DNA of 64,000 bases from an uncultured Alphaproteobacteria bacterium (GCA_949297145.1 CASFQO010000013.1:18768-82767), one strand, 5' to 3'. Counted from the first letter of the stretch, positions 35,090 to 45,335 are shown. Program-made: numbers and translations. Notes: a model not told the origin generated them from the sequence alone.

Positions 35090-36982
35090 ATGGAAAAAAT
35101 GATAAGTAAATTAGCTAAAGCTCACGAAAGTTGGATTTTTAAACTTATTTCTGCGGCGGTTGCCGTCAGCTTTATTTCTCTGTTCGGCGTGACAGGTTAT
35201 ATTAATAGTGCCAGCCAAAACCAAACCGTTGTGGATGTTGACGGGATTAAAACAACTCAAAGTGAATTTTCTTATCGCTTGCAAAAAGAATTAAATGCCT
35301 TAAAGAATCTGACAAGCGATGATTTTGAATTAACCGATGATATGCGTAACGCCATTACCGAGGGCGTTCTTAAACAAATTATTGATGAAAGCGTTTTAGA
35401 CCAAACGATGCTTTCTTATAATATTTCTTTTCCGAAAGCCTTTATCCAACAGGTTATTTTTTCTCAACCTGAATTTGCTAACCCGCTTAACGGTCAGTTT
35501 AATCCGGATATCTTTAAGCGTTATCTGTCTACGGCCGGTTTGAGCGAAGAAGAATACGTTAGCATGATTAAGAGATTGATGGCTCAAAAAATGCTCGTTA
35601 CAGATTTGGTTCAGCCTTTTGCGGTTCCGGCTGTTTTGAGTAATGCTATTCATAAAATGGATAACCAACGCAAATCTTTTAAATATGTTTTGGTTTCTCC
35701 TCAAGATGTGAAGATTGAACGTCAAATTACAGATGATGAAGTTGCTCAATATTTTGAAGATTTTTCGGAAAACTTTATGTTGCCTGAAACAAGAAATGCA
35801 CAAATCGTTTTCATTCCTAATGACGTTGTTTTGAAAAAATATGCTGCAACGGATAAGATGGTTGCCGATTATTATAAACAAAATGAGAAGGACTTTGACC
35901 AACCGGAAAAGAGAGAAGTTTTGCAGATGGTCTTTATGGATAAGGCAACAGCAGAAAAAGCTCTTGCCGAAGTTAATGCCGGTAAAGCGTTTGAAACAGT
36001 TGCCAAAGAGCTTAAGGCTGAAAATGCCGATGAGCCGACTTTAGGGCTTGTGACGCAAGATGAATTGGCGGAAGATTTGGCTTATGATACTTTTGAAATG
36101 GCCGTTAACCAACCGAAACTTTTGCAAGTTGCCGACACATGGCAGGTCGTCAGCGTCAAACAAATTGTTCCTGCGAAAAAAATGACTTTTGAAGAAGTTA
36201 AGCCACAAATTATTGAAATTTTGAACAATGACAATCTTTATGATGCTTTACGCGATGCCAGAGCTGACATTGACGATGCCGTTAACGGCGGAAAATCTTT
36301 GGCAGAAGTTGGGCAAATGTTTGGTGTTGCTCCCGTTGAAGTGAAAAATATTCCGGAAACATCACAAGTTACTAATTTACCGGAAACTTTAAAATCTTTG
36401 GCTAACACCTTGGATTTGAATGAATTGGTATTCTCTTATGGCGTCAATGAAATCAGTTCTGCCGAAGAGTTTGATGAAGGAATTGTTGTGGCTCAAATTA
36501 CAGCCATTAACGATGCTCATTTACCGGAAATTGCTGATGTCAAAGATAAAATTATTGAAATGTGGACCGTTCAGGAAAAAGATGCTTTGGCTAAAGAGCT
36601 TGCTGACGGAATTATGGCAGATGCTGAAAACGGTAGTCAGTTGGGCGATACAGCTAAAGCCAGAAATTTGGAAATGTTCCGTTCTGAACCGATTAGCCGT
36701 AACGAAACTTTTGCAAATTTAACACCGGCGGAAATCAGTGACTTATTCTTGGCACAACAAGGTGAAGTTAAGATTTATGAGCATGACGGCAATAGTTTTG
36801 TTATCGCAACACCTTTTGAAACCGTTAACTATAGCGATGAATTAAATTCTACTTCTCTTGACGAGGTTAAAAAACGTGCTTCTACGCTTATGCTTTCGGA
36901 TATGATGAGAAGTGCTTTGGATGCCTATGCGGAAGGTATGAAAATCAAAGTTGACTATAAACGTGCGGGATTTTCTGAATAA
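35090..36982 (+). CDS. PpiD-like periplasmic chaperone (SurA-N domain / parvulin-like)
   Basis: N-terminal TM anchor, about 630 aa, and an architecture typical of PpiD. The start is ATG 35090 or 35099. Confidence 0.75.
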   Translation: MEKMISKLAKAHESWIFKLISAAVAVSFISLFGVTGYINSASQNQTVVDVDGIKTTQSEFSYRLQKELNALKNLTSDDFELTDDMRNAITEGVLKQIIDESVLDQTMLSYNISFPKAFIQQVIFSQPEFANPLNGQFNPDIFKRYLSTAGLSEEEYVSMIKRLMAQKMLVTDLVQPFAVPAVLSNAIHKMDNQRKSFKYVLVSPQDVKIERQITDDEVAQYFEDFSENFMLPETRNAQIVFIPNDVVLKKYAATDKMVADYYKQNEKDFDQPEKREVLQMVFMDKATAEKALAEVNAGKAFETVAKELKAENADEPTLGLVTQDELAEDLAYDTFEMAVNQPKLLQVADTWQVVSVKQIVPAKKMTFEEVKPQIIEILNNDNLYDALRDARADIDDAVNGGKSLAEVGQMFGVAPVEVKNIPETSQVTNLPETLKSLANTLDLNELVFSYGVNEISSAEEFDEGIVVAQITAINDAHLPEIADVKDKIIEMWTVQEKDALAKELADGIMADAENGSQLGDTAKARNLEMFRSEPISRNETFANLTPAEISDLFLAQQGEVKIYEHDGNSFVIATPFETVNYSDELNSTSLDEVKKRASTLMLSDMMRSALDAYAEGMKIKVDYKRAGFSE

Positions 36983-37899
36983 TGAAAATTGTTTTTATGG
37001 GCACACCGGATTTTGCCGTTCCGGTACTGGAAGCTCTTGCTAAGGAGCATGATGTTGTTGCTGTTTATACACGTGCTCCAAAGGAAAGCGGTCGTGGAAA
37101 AAAAATAAACAAGACACCGGTTCATCTGTTGGCCGAGAGGTTGGGCATTGAAGTGAGGACGCCTCGGACGTTGAGAAACGATGATGAGCTTAATGTGCTT
37201 AAATCTTTTCAGGCTGATATAGCTATTGTGGCGGCGTATGGTTTATTATTGCCACAGACGGTTTTGGATGCTTTTCCTAAGGGGTGTATTAACGTACATG
37301 CTTCTTTGCTCCCAAGATGGCGGGGCGCCGCTCCTATCCAACGTGCTATTGAGGCAGGTGATGCGCAGAGCGGTATCTCTATCATGAAAATGGCGTTAGC
37401 TCTTGATGCCGGTGATGTTTTGAGGCAAGCTATTGTACCTATTTCTGACACGATGACCGGGGGCGATTTGCATGACAAGCTTTCGGTTGTGGGAGCGGAT
37501 TTGCTTATTCAGGTGCTTCGGGATTTAGATACCATTGTTCCGATGAAACAAGATGAGGCTCTGGTAACGTATGCCGAAAAGCTAGATAAATCTGAGTGTT
37601 TGCTCAACTTTAATCAGGATGCGGAAGTTCTTTGTCGCAAAATTCGCGCCTTTTCCCCCTACCCTGCGACTTACTTTATGTATCATGGCGAGCGTTTTAA
37701 GGTTTATCAAACAAGTGTTGTAGATGGTGTCGGTGAAGCTGGAGAAATTCTTGAAGGTTGCCATAAATTGGTTGTAGCCGTTGCTTCCGGCAAAGCCTTG
37801 CAAATAGAAAAAATTCAGCGAGAAGGTAAACAGCCGATGGCTATTTCCGAATTGCTTAAAGGATTTACTTTTGCCGAAGGCGAGATGCTCAACTCTTAA
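36982..37899 (+). CDS. fmt: Methionyl-tRNA formyltransferase
   Basis: MKIVFMGTPDFAVPVLEAL, HASLLPRWRGAAPIQRAI. Confidence 0.96.
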   Translation: MKIVFMGTPDFAVPVLEALAKEHDVVAVYTRAPKESGRGKKINKTPVHLLAERLGIEVRTPRTLRNDDELNVLKSFQADIAIVAAYGLLLPQTVLDAFPKGCINVHASLLPRWRGAAPIQRAIEAGDAQSGISIMKMALALDAGDVLRQAIVPISDTMTGGDLHDKLSVVGADLLIQVLRDLDTIVPMKQDEALVTYAEKLDKSECLLNFNQDAEVLCRKIRAFSPYPATYFMYHGERFKVYQTSVVDGVGEAGEILEGCHKLVVAVASGKALQIEKIQREGKQPMAISELLKGFTFAEGEMLNS

Positions 37900-37980
37900 A
37901 TAAATCTTGTTTATATTGTTTTTTTGCTTGATTATATAAAAATGTTGTATATACTCGTGGCAAATTTGTGGTTGTAATCC

Positions 37981-38064
37981 GCGGGCGTGGTGAAATTGGT
38001 AGACACGCTAGACTTAGGATCTAGTGGCTTTGCTGTGAGAGTTCGAGTCTCTCCGCCCGCACCA
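37981..38064 (+). tRNA. tRNA-Leu (anticodon UAG)
   Basis: Acceptor stem GCGGGCG/CGCCCGC. Anticodon arm CTAGA-CTTAGGA-TCTAG. Long variable arm, T-arm GTTCGAGTC, and an encoded CCA. Confidence 0.93.
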
Positions 38065-38103
38065 TTTCTTTATTGAAGTGGTCTTTTTGGAAGAGATTAA
38101 AAA

Positions 38104-39432
38104 ATGAAAATTAAAGAATTAAAAGCAGACGGTTTGTGCCGTGAATATAATGTTACAATCAGTGCTGCTGATTTTAATGCTGAAGTTGAAAAAAAATTAC
38201 ACTCAATTGCTAAAAACGTTAGTATGGCTGGTTTCCGTGCCGGCAAAGTTCCTTTTGCTATGGTACAGAAAAAATATCAACCGACCGCTATGAGCGAAGC
38301 TTTAGACGATATGGTTCGTGACGGTGTCAACGAACTCTTAAAAGAAAAAGAATTACGTCCAGTTTTCACTCCTGATGTTGAATTGAGCAAGTTTGAAGAA
38401 GGTAAAGATATTGAATTCAAAGTTTCTATGGAAGTTATGCCGAAAATTGAATTGAAAGATTTCTCTTCCATTAAACTTGAAAAAGTTGTTGCCGATGTTC
38501 CTGCCGAAGAAGTTGAAAAGGCTTTGAATTATATGGCAGAAAGCCGTCGCGATACAATCAAAGTTGAAGAAGACCGCGCAACCGTTAAAGGTGATGTTGC
38601 CGTTATTGATTTTGTCGGTTCTATTGACGGTGTTGAATTTACGGGTGGAAAAGGCGAAGCTTATCCTTTGGAAATCGGTTCTAATTCCTTTATTCCGGGA
38701 TACGAAGATCAACTTATCGGAAAGAAAGTTGGCGAAGTTGTTAATGTTAAAGCTACTTTTCCTGAAAATTATCATGCTAAAGATTTGGCTGGTAAAGAAG
38801 CTCTTTTCGTTACAACCATTAAAGAAATCAGAGAAATTAAAAAAGCTGAAATTAACGACGAATTCGCTAAATCTTTGGGCGAAGAAAATTTGGATAAGTT
38901 AAAAGAAACTGTTAAGTCTAAAATTGCTCAAGACTACGAAGCTGCTTCTAAGATGAAATTAAAGCGCGCTTTGTTGGATGCTTTGGATAAGGCTTATAAG
39001 TTTGATGTTCCGGCTAAATTGGTTGATATGGAATATGATTCCATTGTTAAACAATATGAAAATGCTAAAAAGAATAATCAGCTTGATGAAGAAGAAAAAG
39101 CTAAAAAAGAAGAAGATTTACTCAAAGAATATAAAGATATTGCTGTTCGCAGAGTAAAACTCGGTTTGTTGCTCGCTGAAGTCGGAAATGAAGCTAAAGT
39201 TGAAGTTACTCAAGAAGATATCAACAAAGCTATTATGGGTGAAGCTCAACGTTACCCAATGCAAGCTAAAGCTATCTTTGATTTCTATTTGAAGAATAAA
39301 GAAGCTATTGAACGCTTACGTACTTCTGTTTATGAAGAAAAAGTTATTGACTATGTTCTTTCTAAAGTTGAAACAAAAGAAAAGAAAGTTTCTGTTGAAG
39401 AACTCTATAACTTTGACGAAAAAGCTGCTTAA
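38104..39432 (+). CDS. tig: Trigger factor
   Basis: 442 aa with the FRxGKxP motif (MAGFRAGKVPFAMV), an FKBP-like middle, and the conserved tRNA-Leu-tig context. Confidence 0.95.
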   Translation: MKIKELKADGLCREYNVTISAADFNAEVEKKLHSIAKNVSMAGFRAGKVPFAMVQKKYQPTAMSEALDDMVRDGVNELLKEKELRPVFTPDVELSKFEEGKDIEFKVSMEVMPKIELKDFSSIKLEKVVADVPAEEVEKALNYMAESRRDTIKVEEDRATVKGDVAVIDFVGSIDGVEFTGGKGEAYPLEIGSNSFIPGYEDQLIGKKVGEVVNVKATFPENYHAKDLAGKEALFVTTIKEIREIKKAEINDEFAKSLGEENLDKLKETVKSKIAQDYEAASKMKLKRALLDALDKAYKFDVPAKLVDMEYDSIVKQYENAKKNNQLDEEEKAKKEEDLLKEYKDIAVRRVKLGLLLAEVGNEAKVEVTQEDINKAIMGEAQRYPMQAKAIFDFYLKNKEAIERLRTSVYEEKVIDYVLSKVETKEKKVSVEELYNFDEKAA

Positions 39433-39460
39433 TTACTATTCTTTCACTCTAGGAAGAATT

Positions 39461-39492
39461 AAGCCCTTGCGCAAGTGAGGGCTTATTTTTTT
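39461..39492 (+). terminator. Rho-independent terminator after tig
   Basis: AAGCCCT-10 nt-AGGGCTT followed by ATTTTTTT. Confidence 0.8.
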
Positions 39493-39612
39493 ATTTGTAA
39501 GCGTCAAGTACCTTTACTCTGTACAATGTGGATGCTATTTTTTTATCTAATTTATGTTGCATCTTTTTATTTTTGTGATATGTGGAAGTTGTAGATTTTA
39601 AATTATTTAGTT

Positions 39613-40200
39613 ATGAAAAAGTTATGTATTTTATTTGTTGTTGGTATAACAACTTTTTGTTCTTGTATTCAGAGATCCGACAACAAAGAAGAGACATCCT
39701 CAGCAGATACGGTTGTCTCCAACAATGATCAGGCTAATATGGTTTCTCCTCCAAACGAAGGGCATATCACTGGTATGGTCGGAAATGATACGGTTGTTGC
39801 GGCAATGATTGCTCAAGGACGTACCTATTCAACGGATCCCAGTGTTGCTTATGTTCTCCTTTCTAGCGGAAGAGTCTTGTGCTTTGATAATGCTGTTAAT
39901 ATTATTCCGTTTACTCTTTATGAGGCAAAAATTCTTTTGACAGCGATGGCCAAGGAAATTCCTGCACATAAACAGAATATTGATACTTGTGCGTCAAGTG
40001 AAAATTCTGTTGTGACCACGTTGATTGCTCATGGACGCACTACTTCTGCCTCTCCGAGCGTTGCCTATGTACTTCTGTCTAGCGGTCGTGTCTTGTGTTT
40101 TGATAATGCTGCTGTTACCGATCCTTTTACCCTAATGGAAGCAAGAATTCTCTTAGAAGCCAAGGCTCAAGGAAAACTTGTTTATAATAGTGCAGACTAG
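39613..40200 (+). CDS. Secreted/lipoprotein-like protein with an internal tandem duplication
   Basis: Signal sequence MKKLCILFVVGITTFCSC. Two roughly 55-aa repeats: VVAAMIAQGRTYSTDPSVAYVLLSSGRVLCFDNAVNIIPFTLYEAKILL and VVTTLIAHGRTTSASPSVAYVLLSSGRVLCFDNAAVTDPFTLMEARILL. Confidence 0.65.
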   Translation: MKKLCILFVVGITTFCSCIQRSDNKEETSSADTVVSNNDQANMVSPPNEGHITGMVGNDTVVAAMIAQGRTYSTDPSVAYVLLSSGRVLCFDNAVNIIPFTLYEAKILLTAMAKEIPAHKQNIDTCASSENSVVTTLIAHGRTTSASPSVAYVLLSSGRVLCFDNAAVTDPFTLMEARILLEAKAQGKLVYNSAD

Positions 40201-40217
40201 TGTTATTTTCTTTATTT

Positions 40218-40246
40218 AGACGGTCCATTGTGACCGTCTTTTTTTA
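40218..40246 (+). terminator. Rho-independent terminator
   Basis: AGACGGTC-cattgt-GACCGTCT followed by T7. Confidence 0.85.
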
Positions 40247-40316
40247 TTGACAAAATATTTATTACGAATATGATGTTCGCCGATTAAACATTATTCTAGG
40301 ACTAAATTTTACTATT

Positions 40317-40460
40317 ATGAACAAGACTGAATTGAAACATGTTGGGAAAATTATCTTAGCATTTTCGCTGTTTTTTATTATCGCTATTTTAGCCATTGCC
40401 TGCGTCCATTTTATTGGAAGTACGCAACCGATACATCACTTTGGGTGTCATGTTTGGTAA
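40317..40460 (+). CDS. 47-aa single-TM small protein (below the ORF-track cutoff)
   Basis: Hand translation gives MNKTELKHVGKIILAFSLFFIIAILAIACVHFIGSTQPIHHFGCHVW*. It is followed by its own strong terminator. No clear RBS. Confidence 0.4.
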   Translation: MNKTELKHVGKIILAFSLFFIIAILAIACVHFIGSTQPIHHFGCHVW

Positions 40461-40479
40461 AATACGATATGTATTGCAA

Positions 40480-40517
40480 AAGACTGTTTGAAAAAACTCA
40501 AACGGTCTTTTATTTTT
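40480..40517 (+). terminator. Rho-independent terminator
   Basis: AAGACTGTTTGA-6 nt-TCAAACGGTCTT (one G-U pair) followed by TTTATTTTT. Confidence 0.75.
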
Positions 40518-40641
40518 GTAAGATAGTGCGGTTGACAGGCTTTTTTATATTTTCTCTTTAAAATTCGATTGACAAAACATGTTTCATTTTCTATCATTTT
40601 GGCAAAATAAAATTATTGTAAAATTTAAATTTTTGTGTGTT

Positions 40642-41586
40642 ATGAAAAATACTATTCTTAAACAAATTAACGTTGTTGGCGCTGTGCTTGGCTATCCTTT
40701 TTACATTTATCCAGATGGGACATGTGGTAAAAACTTTATTTTCCAAAATGAACAAGCGGCTGCCGTGGTTAAATGTAAATTTCCTATGGGGGAATTGAAA
40801 TCGAAATTTGCGACTTCCTCTCCGGAAGATGAAAAGAATGTCCTAAAATATCTTTCTCATATCGGAAAGAACATCGGTTTTCCTTTTTATATTCTTCCTG
40901 ATGGTACTTGTTCAAAATCCTCTTTTGATAAAGATAATTTTGATATCAAAACTGCTAGTTCTTCTGCTATGATTGTACAACATCCATTTAATGTTGCACA
41001 AATTCTTGTTAATCCTAATCTCTGCGGTTCTTTATTTAACTCTTCTTCAGATGATGACGATGATTGTGTTGCAACGGTTTCTGTGGACGGAAATCTTATT
41101 TCATATGCTGCCAGTACGCCTTTTAAACCGACAATGTATGATTTACTACATTTGGAGAAAATTCGGAAAGAACTTCTTAGATCCCCGTCTTCTTCTTATA
41201 TATTGCGTAATTCTGATGATGAACGTGTTATGATTTGCTTTGGTCTTGTTCGTGATTTGAAAAATTATTTTTCGCATCATCTCACTTCTGAAAAAGGACC
41301 TATCTATCTTATTATGAGAAATGATTGGGGGGCTTTTAAAGCATATTTTAAATCCTTTTCCTTTTTTCAGGAGCATGAACGTTTGTTGATCAACTATTGC
41401 AGCGAATACGTTGTTATGCTCTACATGGAACGCCATGGTCTTTACGCTAGAGCACAACGACTGATGGTGCAACAATGTTCCGATAATCTTATCAAGGCTT
41501 TTCAAAAAAAGTACTTCTTGGATTATGGGGCTAAAATTCTTCTACAGAAAAGGGAGGAAAATTTCTTTAGCTTGCTCCATCTGTAA
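40642..41586 (+). CDS. Hypothetical cytoplasmic protein with duplicated G(Y/F)PFYI(Y/L)PDGTC motif
   Basis: Start moved to ATG 40642 (MKNTILKQ...). It contains VLGYPFYIYPDGTCGK and NIGFPFYILPDGTCSK, a poly-Asp linker, and a helical C-terminal half. No family recognised. Confidence 0.6.
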   Translation: MKNTILKQINVVGAVLGYPFYIYPDGTCGKNFIFQNEQAAAVVKCKFPMGELKSKFATSSPEDEKNVLKYLSHIGKNIGFPFYILPDGTCSKSSFDKDNFDIKTASSSAMIVQHPFNVAQILVNPNLCGSLFNSSSDDDDDCVATVSVDGNLISYAASTPFKPTMYDLLHLEKIRKELLRSPSSSYILRNSDDERVMICFGLVRDLKNYFSHHLTSEKGPIYLIMRNDWGAFKAYFKSFSFFQEHERLLINYCSEYVVMLYMERHGLYARAQRLMVQQCSDNLIKAFQKKYFLDYGAKILLQKREENFFSLLHL

Positions 41587-41606
41587 CTTATATGCATCTT
41601 AAATAG

Positions 41607-41634
41607 GCTTTCTCTTCGTGAGAAAGCTTTTTTT
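41607..41634 (+). terminator. Rho-independent terminator
   Basis: GCTTTCTC-ttcgt-GAGAAAGC followed by T7. Confidence 0.85.
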
Positions 41635-41724
41635 ATTTGTCTCGGCAATTTTATTTTTTAGTTGCAAAAATATCTTAGTTTTGATAGATATGTCTTTAGT
41701 TTGTTTTATTTCCAAGAGGTTGCT

Positions 41725-42588
41725 ATGTTTAAGGTCGGTATGGATGTATTGATGGATTCATTGTACGAAACTTTAGCCTTGTTTCCGTATCTGTTTCTGA
41801 CTTATTTGGCGCTGGAATTTCTTGAACATAAGATGTCGCGTAAAACGCTGGCTTATATACGTAAATCCGGCAAATATGGACCTATTATCGGCGGCATTCT
41901 CGGGCTTATCCCACAATGTGGTTTTTCTGTTGCTGCGGCTAACCTCTATACAACCGGAATTATTACACTTGGTGCGCTTTTAGCGATTTTTCTTTCGACC
42001 TCGGATGAAATGTTGCCGATTTTAGTTTCCGGTGGTGTCAGTGTTCCAATCATCACTAAAATTCTTTGCTTAAAAGTTTTTTTTGCAATTATCAGCGGCG
42101 TGTTGATTGATATGTTTTTACCTCAAAAATTTATTCGGCATAAACGTGAACCGGAAATTGAAGCTTTTTGTAAACGTGAAAATTGTTTATGTGAAGATAA
42201 AGACAATATTTGGTATTCGGCTTTTAAACATACCGAAAAAATCAGCTTATTTATCTTTTTCTTTTCACTTATTATCAATGCGCTGTTTGTTTTGGGCGGA
42301 CGGGATACTATTCATAATATGTTGGTAGGCTTTCCGATTTTCAGCAAATTTATTGCTGCAGCCGTGGGCTTGATTCCAAGTTGTTATCCATCTGTTTTGT
42401 TATCACAGCTTTATCTCGATAATGCTATTTCACTCGGGACGATGCTGGCTGGAACTCTCAGCAATGCCGGATTAGGGTATTTTGTGCTTTATCGTGTTAA
42501 CCCTGATAAACGCGAGAATTTGCGTATCCTCGCGCTATTATATGTTTTGGGTGTCGGATTTGGTATTATTGCCGAACTATTTGCTTAG
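41725..42588 (+). CDS. Polytopic membrane protein, ArsP_2-like putative 10-TM metal exporter family
   Basis: Start at ATG 41725 (RBS AAGAGG). GGILGLIPQCGFSVAAANLY in the first half and GLIPSCYPSVLLSQLY in the second suggest an internal pseudo-repeat. The family assignment is from memory. Confidence 0.6.
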   Translation: MFKVGMDVLMDSLYETLALFPYLFLTYLALEFLEHKMSRKTLAYIRKSGKYGPIIGGILGLIPQCGFSVAAANLYTTGIITLGALLAIFLSTSDEMLPILVSGGVSVPIITKILCLKVFFAIISGVLIDMFLPQKFIRHKREPEIEAFCKRENCLCEDKDNIWYSAFKHTEKISLFIFFFSLIINALFVLGGRDTIHNMLVGFPIFSKFIAAAVGLIPSCYPSVLLSQLYLDNAISLGTMLAGTLSNAGLGYFVLYRVNPDKRENLRILALLYVLGVGFGIIAELFA

Positions 42589-43428
42589 TTACTCTTTATA
42601 ATTGCGACGTAATAAATCTATTTCTTTGGCGTACCCATCCAGCTCATTTGGGGTCTCTAAGTTAAGCGGTATCCCTCTTAAGGCCGGATGATTGATAAAG
42701 CGAATGAGCGCCTCTGTTCCTAAACTTCCTTTACCTAAGCACTCATGACGGTCCTTATGAGAATTGAATTCTGTCATACTGTCGTTTAAGTGAATTGCCT
42801 GCAAACGATCTAATCCGATCACCTTATCAAATTCTTCCAAGACATCATCCAAGCGGTTTACAATATCATATCCCGCTGAATAAACATGGCAAGTATCTAA
42901 GCATACGCCCAGCTTCTTCGTATCATTGATTTTTGCTTTGCTTATAATCTCGGCCAGTTCTTCAAAACGTGAGCCAACTTCGCTCCCTTTGCCTGACATT
43001 GTTTCCAAGAGGACTGTTGTATTTTTAGCTTCCGGCATAACAGCATCCAGTATTTCTACAATTTGAGGAATCGCAACATCCACGCCCTGCCCTACATGTG
43101 AGCCGGGGTGAAAATTATATAAATTTCCCGGGATATTTTCCATTCTTTGTAAATCATCCGCAAAAACATTTTGCGCAAATTCTCTTATTGAAGCATCTTT
43201 TGAGCATGGGTTTAAGGTATAGGGTGCATGAGCCAATATCTTGCCGAATTTGTTTTCTATTGCTATCTTTTTATATTCCGCTATATCTTCTTGCTTTATA
43301 TCCTTTGCGGCGCCTCCACGCGGATTACGCAAAAAGAATTGAAATGTGTTAGCGTGTATTTTTACAGCCGTTTTTCCCATTGCTGCAAAGCCGCCGGCCG
43401 ATGATAAATGACATCCGAGATATAGCAT
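42589..43428 (-). CDS. nfo: Deoxyribonuclease IV (endonuclease IV)
   Basis: 279 aa with [28 protein letters not shown] and IHLNDS motifs. Confidence 0.93.
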   Translation of the reverse strand: MLYLGCHLSSAGGFAAMGKTAVKIHANTFQFFLRNPRGGAAKDIKQEDIAEYKKIAIENKFGKILAHAPYTLNPCSKDASIREFAQNVFADDLQRMENIPGNLYNFHPGSHVGQGVDVAIPQIVEILDAVMPEAKNTTVLLETMSGKGSEVGSRFEELAEIISKAKINDTKKLGVCLDTCHVYSAGYDIVNRLDDVLEEFDKVIGLDRLQAIHLNDSMTEFNSHKDRHECLGKGSLGTEALIRFINHPALRGIPLNLETPNELDGYAKEIDLLRRNYKE

Positions 43429-43516
43429 TGTTCCCTCTTTCGTTGGTTAATTTCTTCTATTGCTAGCCCTTTTTATAAAAATCGTCAATTTTTTTTGTGA
43501 ACATATCAAAAAAAGC

Positions 43517-43545
43517 TTGTAATCTTATTTTTTTTTGTGTAGATA
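43517..43545 (+). promoter_or_regulatory. Sigma-70-like promoter TTGTAA-17-TAGATA upstream of tRNA-Pro
   Basis: Hexamers read directly, 16 nt upstream of the tRNA 5' end. Confidence 0.4.
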
Positions 43546-43561
43546 TATTGTCGTTGAACAT

Positions 43562-43638
43562 CGGAACGTAGTTCAGCCTGGTAGAACGCTGCGTTCGGGT
43601 CGCAGAGGTCAGTGGTTCGAATCCACCCGTTCCGACCA
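43562..43638 (+). tRNA. tRNA-Pro (anticodon CGG)
   Basis: Acceptor stem CGGAACG/CGTTCCG. Anticodon arm CTGCG-TTCGGGT-CGCAG. T-arm GGTTCGAATCC and an encoded CCA. 77 nt. Confidence 0.93.
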
Positions 43639-43645
43639 TCTTTAT

Positions 43646-43668
43646 ACCGCTCTTCGGAGCGGTTTTTT
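43646..43668 (+). terminator. Rho-independent terminator after tRNA-Pro
   Basis: ACCGCTC-TTCG-GAGCGGT followed by T6. Confidence 0.85.
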
Positions 43669-43741
43669 ATACTGTTTTTTTGTGCATGCTATAGTGAAAA
43701 TACAAAACTATTGATTATATAGCTCCTAAGGAGTTTTACTG

Positions 43742-44158
43742 ATGGTCAAAGTTTTTGTTTCCGGCTGTTTTGATGTTTTACATAGCGGGCATGTGCGCTT
43801 TTTTGAAGAGGCAGCGCAATATGGAGATTTATACGTTTCTATCGGCTCGGATAAAACGGTTTTTGAGTTAAAACATCGGCCTACCCTCTATAATGAACGT
43901 GAACGTCTTTATATCATCTCTGCACTCAAATATGTCCATCGCGCTTTTATTGCTCAAGGACATGGAAAACTTGATTTTTTAGAGGAGCTACAAACTATCT
44001 GTCCCGACATCTTTTTTGTAAATTCTGATGGGGACAGTATTGAAAAAAGACAAGCTGTTGAAGCTCTCGGTATTCGCTATATCGTGGGGCGCCGTCTTCC
44101 TAAAGAGTTACTCCCCGTGCGCTCAACCACGGCTATTCGGCAAAACCTTCAGAAATGA
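43742..44158 (+). CDS. Cytidylyltransferase-like (TagD/RfaE-II-type) nucleotidyltransferase
   Basis: 138 aa with VFVSGCFDVLHSGHVRFFEEA (HxGH motif) and RBS AAGGAG. Confidence 0.8.
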   Translation: MVKVFVSGCFDVLHSGHVRFFEEAAQYGDLYVSIGSDKTVFELKHRPTLYNERERLYIISALKYVHRAFIAQGHGKLDFLEELQTICPDIFFVNSDGDSIEKRQAVEALGIRYIVGRRLPKELLPVRSTTAIRQNLQK

Positions 44159-44172
44159 TTTTTTATACGAAA

Positions 44173-44197
44173 AACCCCGCTTGATTGCAGCGGGGTT
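44173..44197. terminator. Bidirectional Rho-independent terminator
   Basis: AACCCCGC-9 nt-GCGGGGTT flanked by an A run and a T run, between convergent genes. Confidence 0.85.
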
Positions 44198-44219
44198 TTA
44201 TTTTCCTATGAGCTATGCC

Positions 44220-44603
44220 CTAGTCTGCATTCTTTTTGTTTTGTGCGGACAAATCGTCTGCAATACGTGCAGAACGACCACGCAATGCGCGCAAGAAGTA
44301 TAATTTTGCTCTTCTTACTTTACCAACACGGGTAACTTCAATTTTGGCTACATTCGGAGAGTACAACGGAAATACACGTTCTACACCTTCACCAAATGAA
44401 ATCTTACGAACCGTAAATGATGAATTTAAGCCATCATTCTTACGGGCAATGCATACACCTTCGTAAATTTGGATACGTTCACGATCGCCTTCTTTTACTT
44501 TGGTGTGAACTTTAAGGGTATCACCAGCTTTGAAATCAGGAATATTCTTTCCTTCAGTCAATTTGGCTACTTGCTCTTGTTCAATATTCTCTATAATATT
44601 CAT
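44220..44603 (-). CDS. rplS: 50S ribosomal protein L19
   Basis: Start moved to [11 protein letters not shown]... It contains [30 protein letters not shown]. Confidence 0.95.
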   Translation of the reverse strand: MNIIENIEQEQVAKLTEGKNIPDFKAGDTLKVHTKVKEGDRERIQIYEGVCIARKNDGLNSSFTVRKISFGEGVERVFPLYSPNVAKIEVTRVGKVRRAKLYFLRALRGRSARIADDLSAQNKKNAD

Positions 44604-44642
44604 CAGTTTTACCTTTTTATAAAATTTTTTAACTTTATACAC

Positions 44643-45335
44643 CTAACTATTTTTAGAATCAAGATATTTCTTAAACAGGTCAGGCCGTTTAGCTTTTGTT
44701 GCGAGTTCTGCTTGTTCTCTTCGCCATTCTTCTATTTTTTGATGATGGCCTGATAGCAATATTTCCGGAACTTTCCGCCCCTTCCATTCTATCGGACGGG
44801 TGTATTGCGGATATTCCAATAAACAGCTTTCAAAGCTCTCATCTTCTATAGATGCTTCATTTCCTAACACGCCGGGCAATAATCTGATTATTGAATCTAA
44901 CATTATTTGCGCCGCTTGTTCGCCTCCGGTTAAAATGTAGTCGCCTATGCTTATCTCTTCCACATTATATTCTTCTATGATACGCTCGTCTATACCTTCA
45001 AAACGTCCGCATATTATCGTTATGTTCTCTTCTTTTGAAAGTTCATGACTTAACTCTTGCGTCAGCGGTCTGCCTTTTGGGCTCATATATATCATGCGGC
45101 CGCCTTGGTAATTGGCATCTATCGCTTTTCCCAATATATCCGCACGCATTATCATGCCGGCGCCTCCGCCACAAGGGGTATCATCGACCGATTTGTGTTT
45201 GTCTTCAGCATAATCGCGAATGTTTATCGCGTCTATTTGCCACTTCTTTTCTTCTAACGCTTTTCCGGTTAAGGAATATCCCAAAAATCCGGGGAACACC
45301 TCTGGAAACACCGTCAGAACTTTTACACTTAGCAT
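44643..45335 (-). CDS. trmD: tRNA (guanine37-N1)-methyltransferase
   Basis: VLTVFPEVFPGFL, GGGAGMIMRADI and ICGRFEGIDERI motifs, in conserved operon order. Confidence 0.96.
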   Translation of the reverse strand: MLSVKVLTVFPEVFPGFLGYSLTGKALEEKKWQIDAINIRDYAEDKHKSVDDTPCGGGAGMIMRADILGKAIDANYQGGRMIYMSPKGRPLTQELSHELSKEENITIICGRFEGIDERIIEEYNVEEISIGDYILTGGEQAAQIMLDSIIRLLPGVLGNEASIEDESFESCLLEYPQYTRPIEWKGRKVPEILLSGHHQKIEEWRREQAELATKAKRPDLFKKYLDSKNS

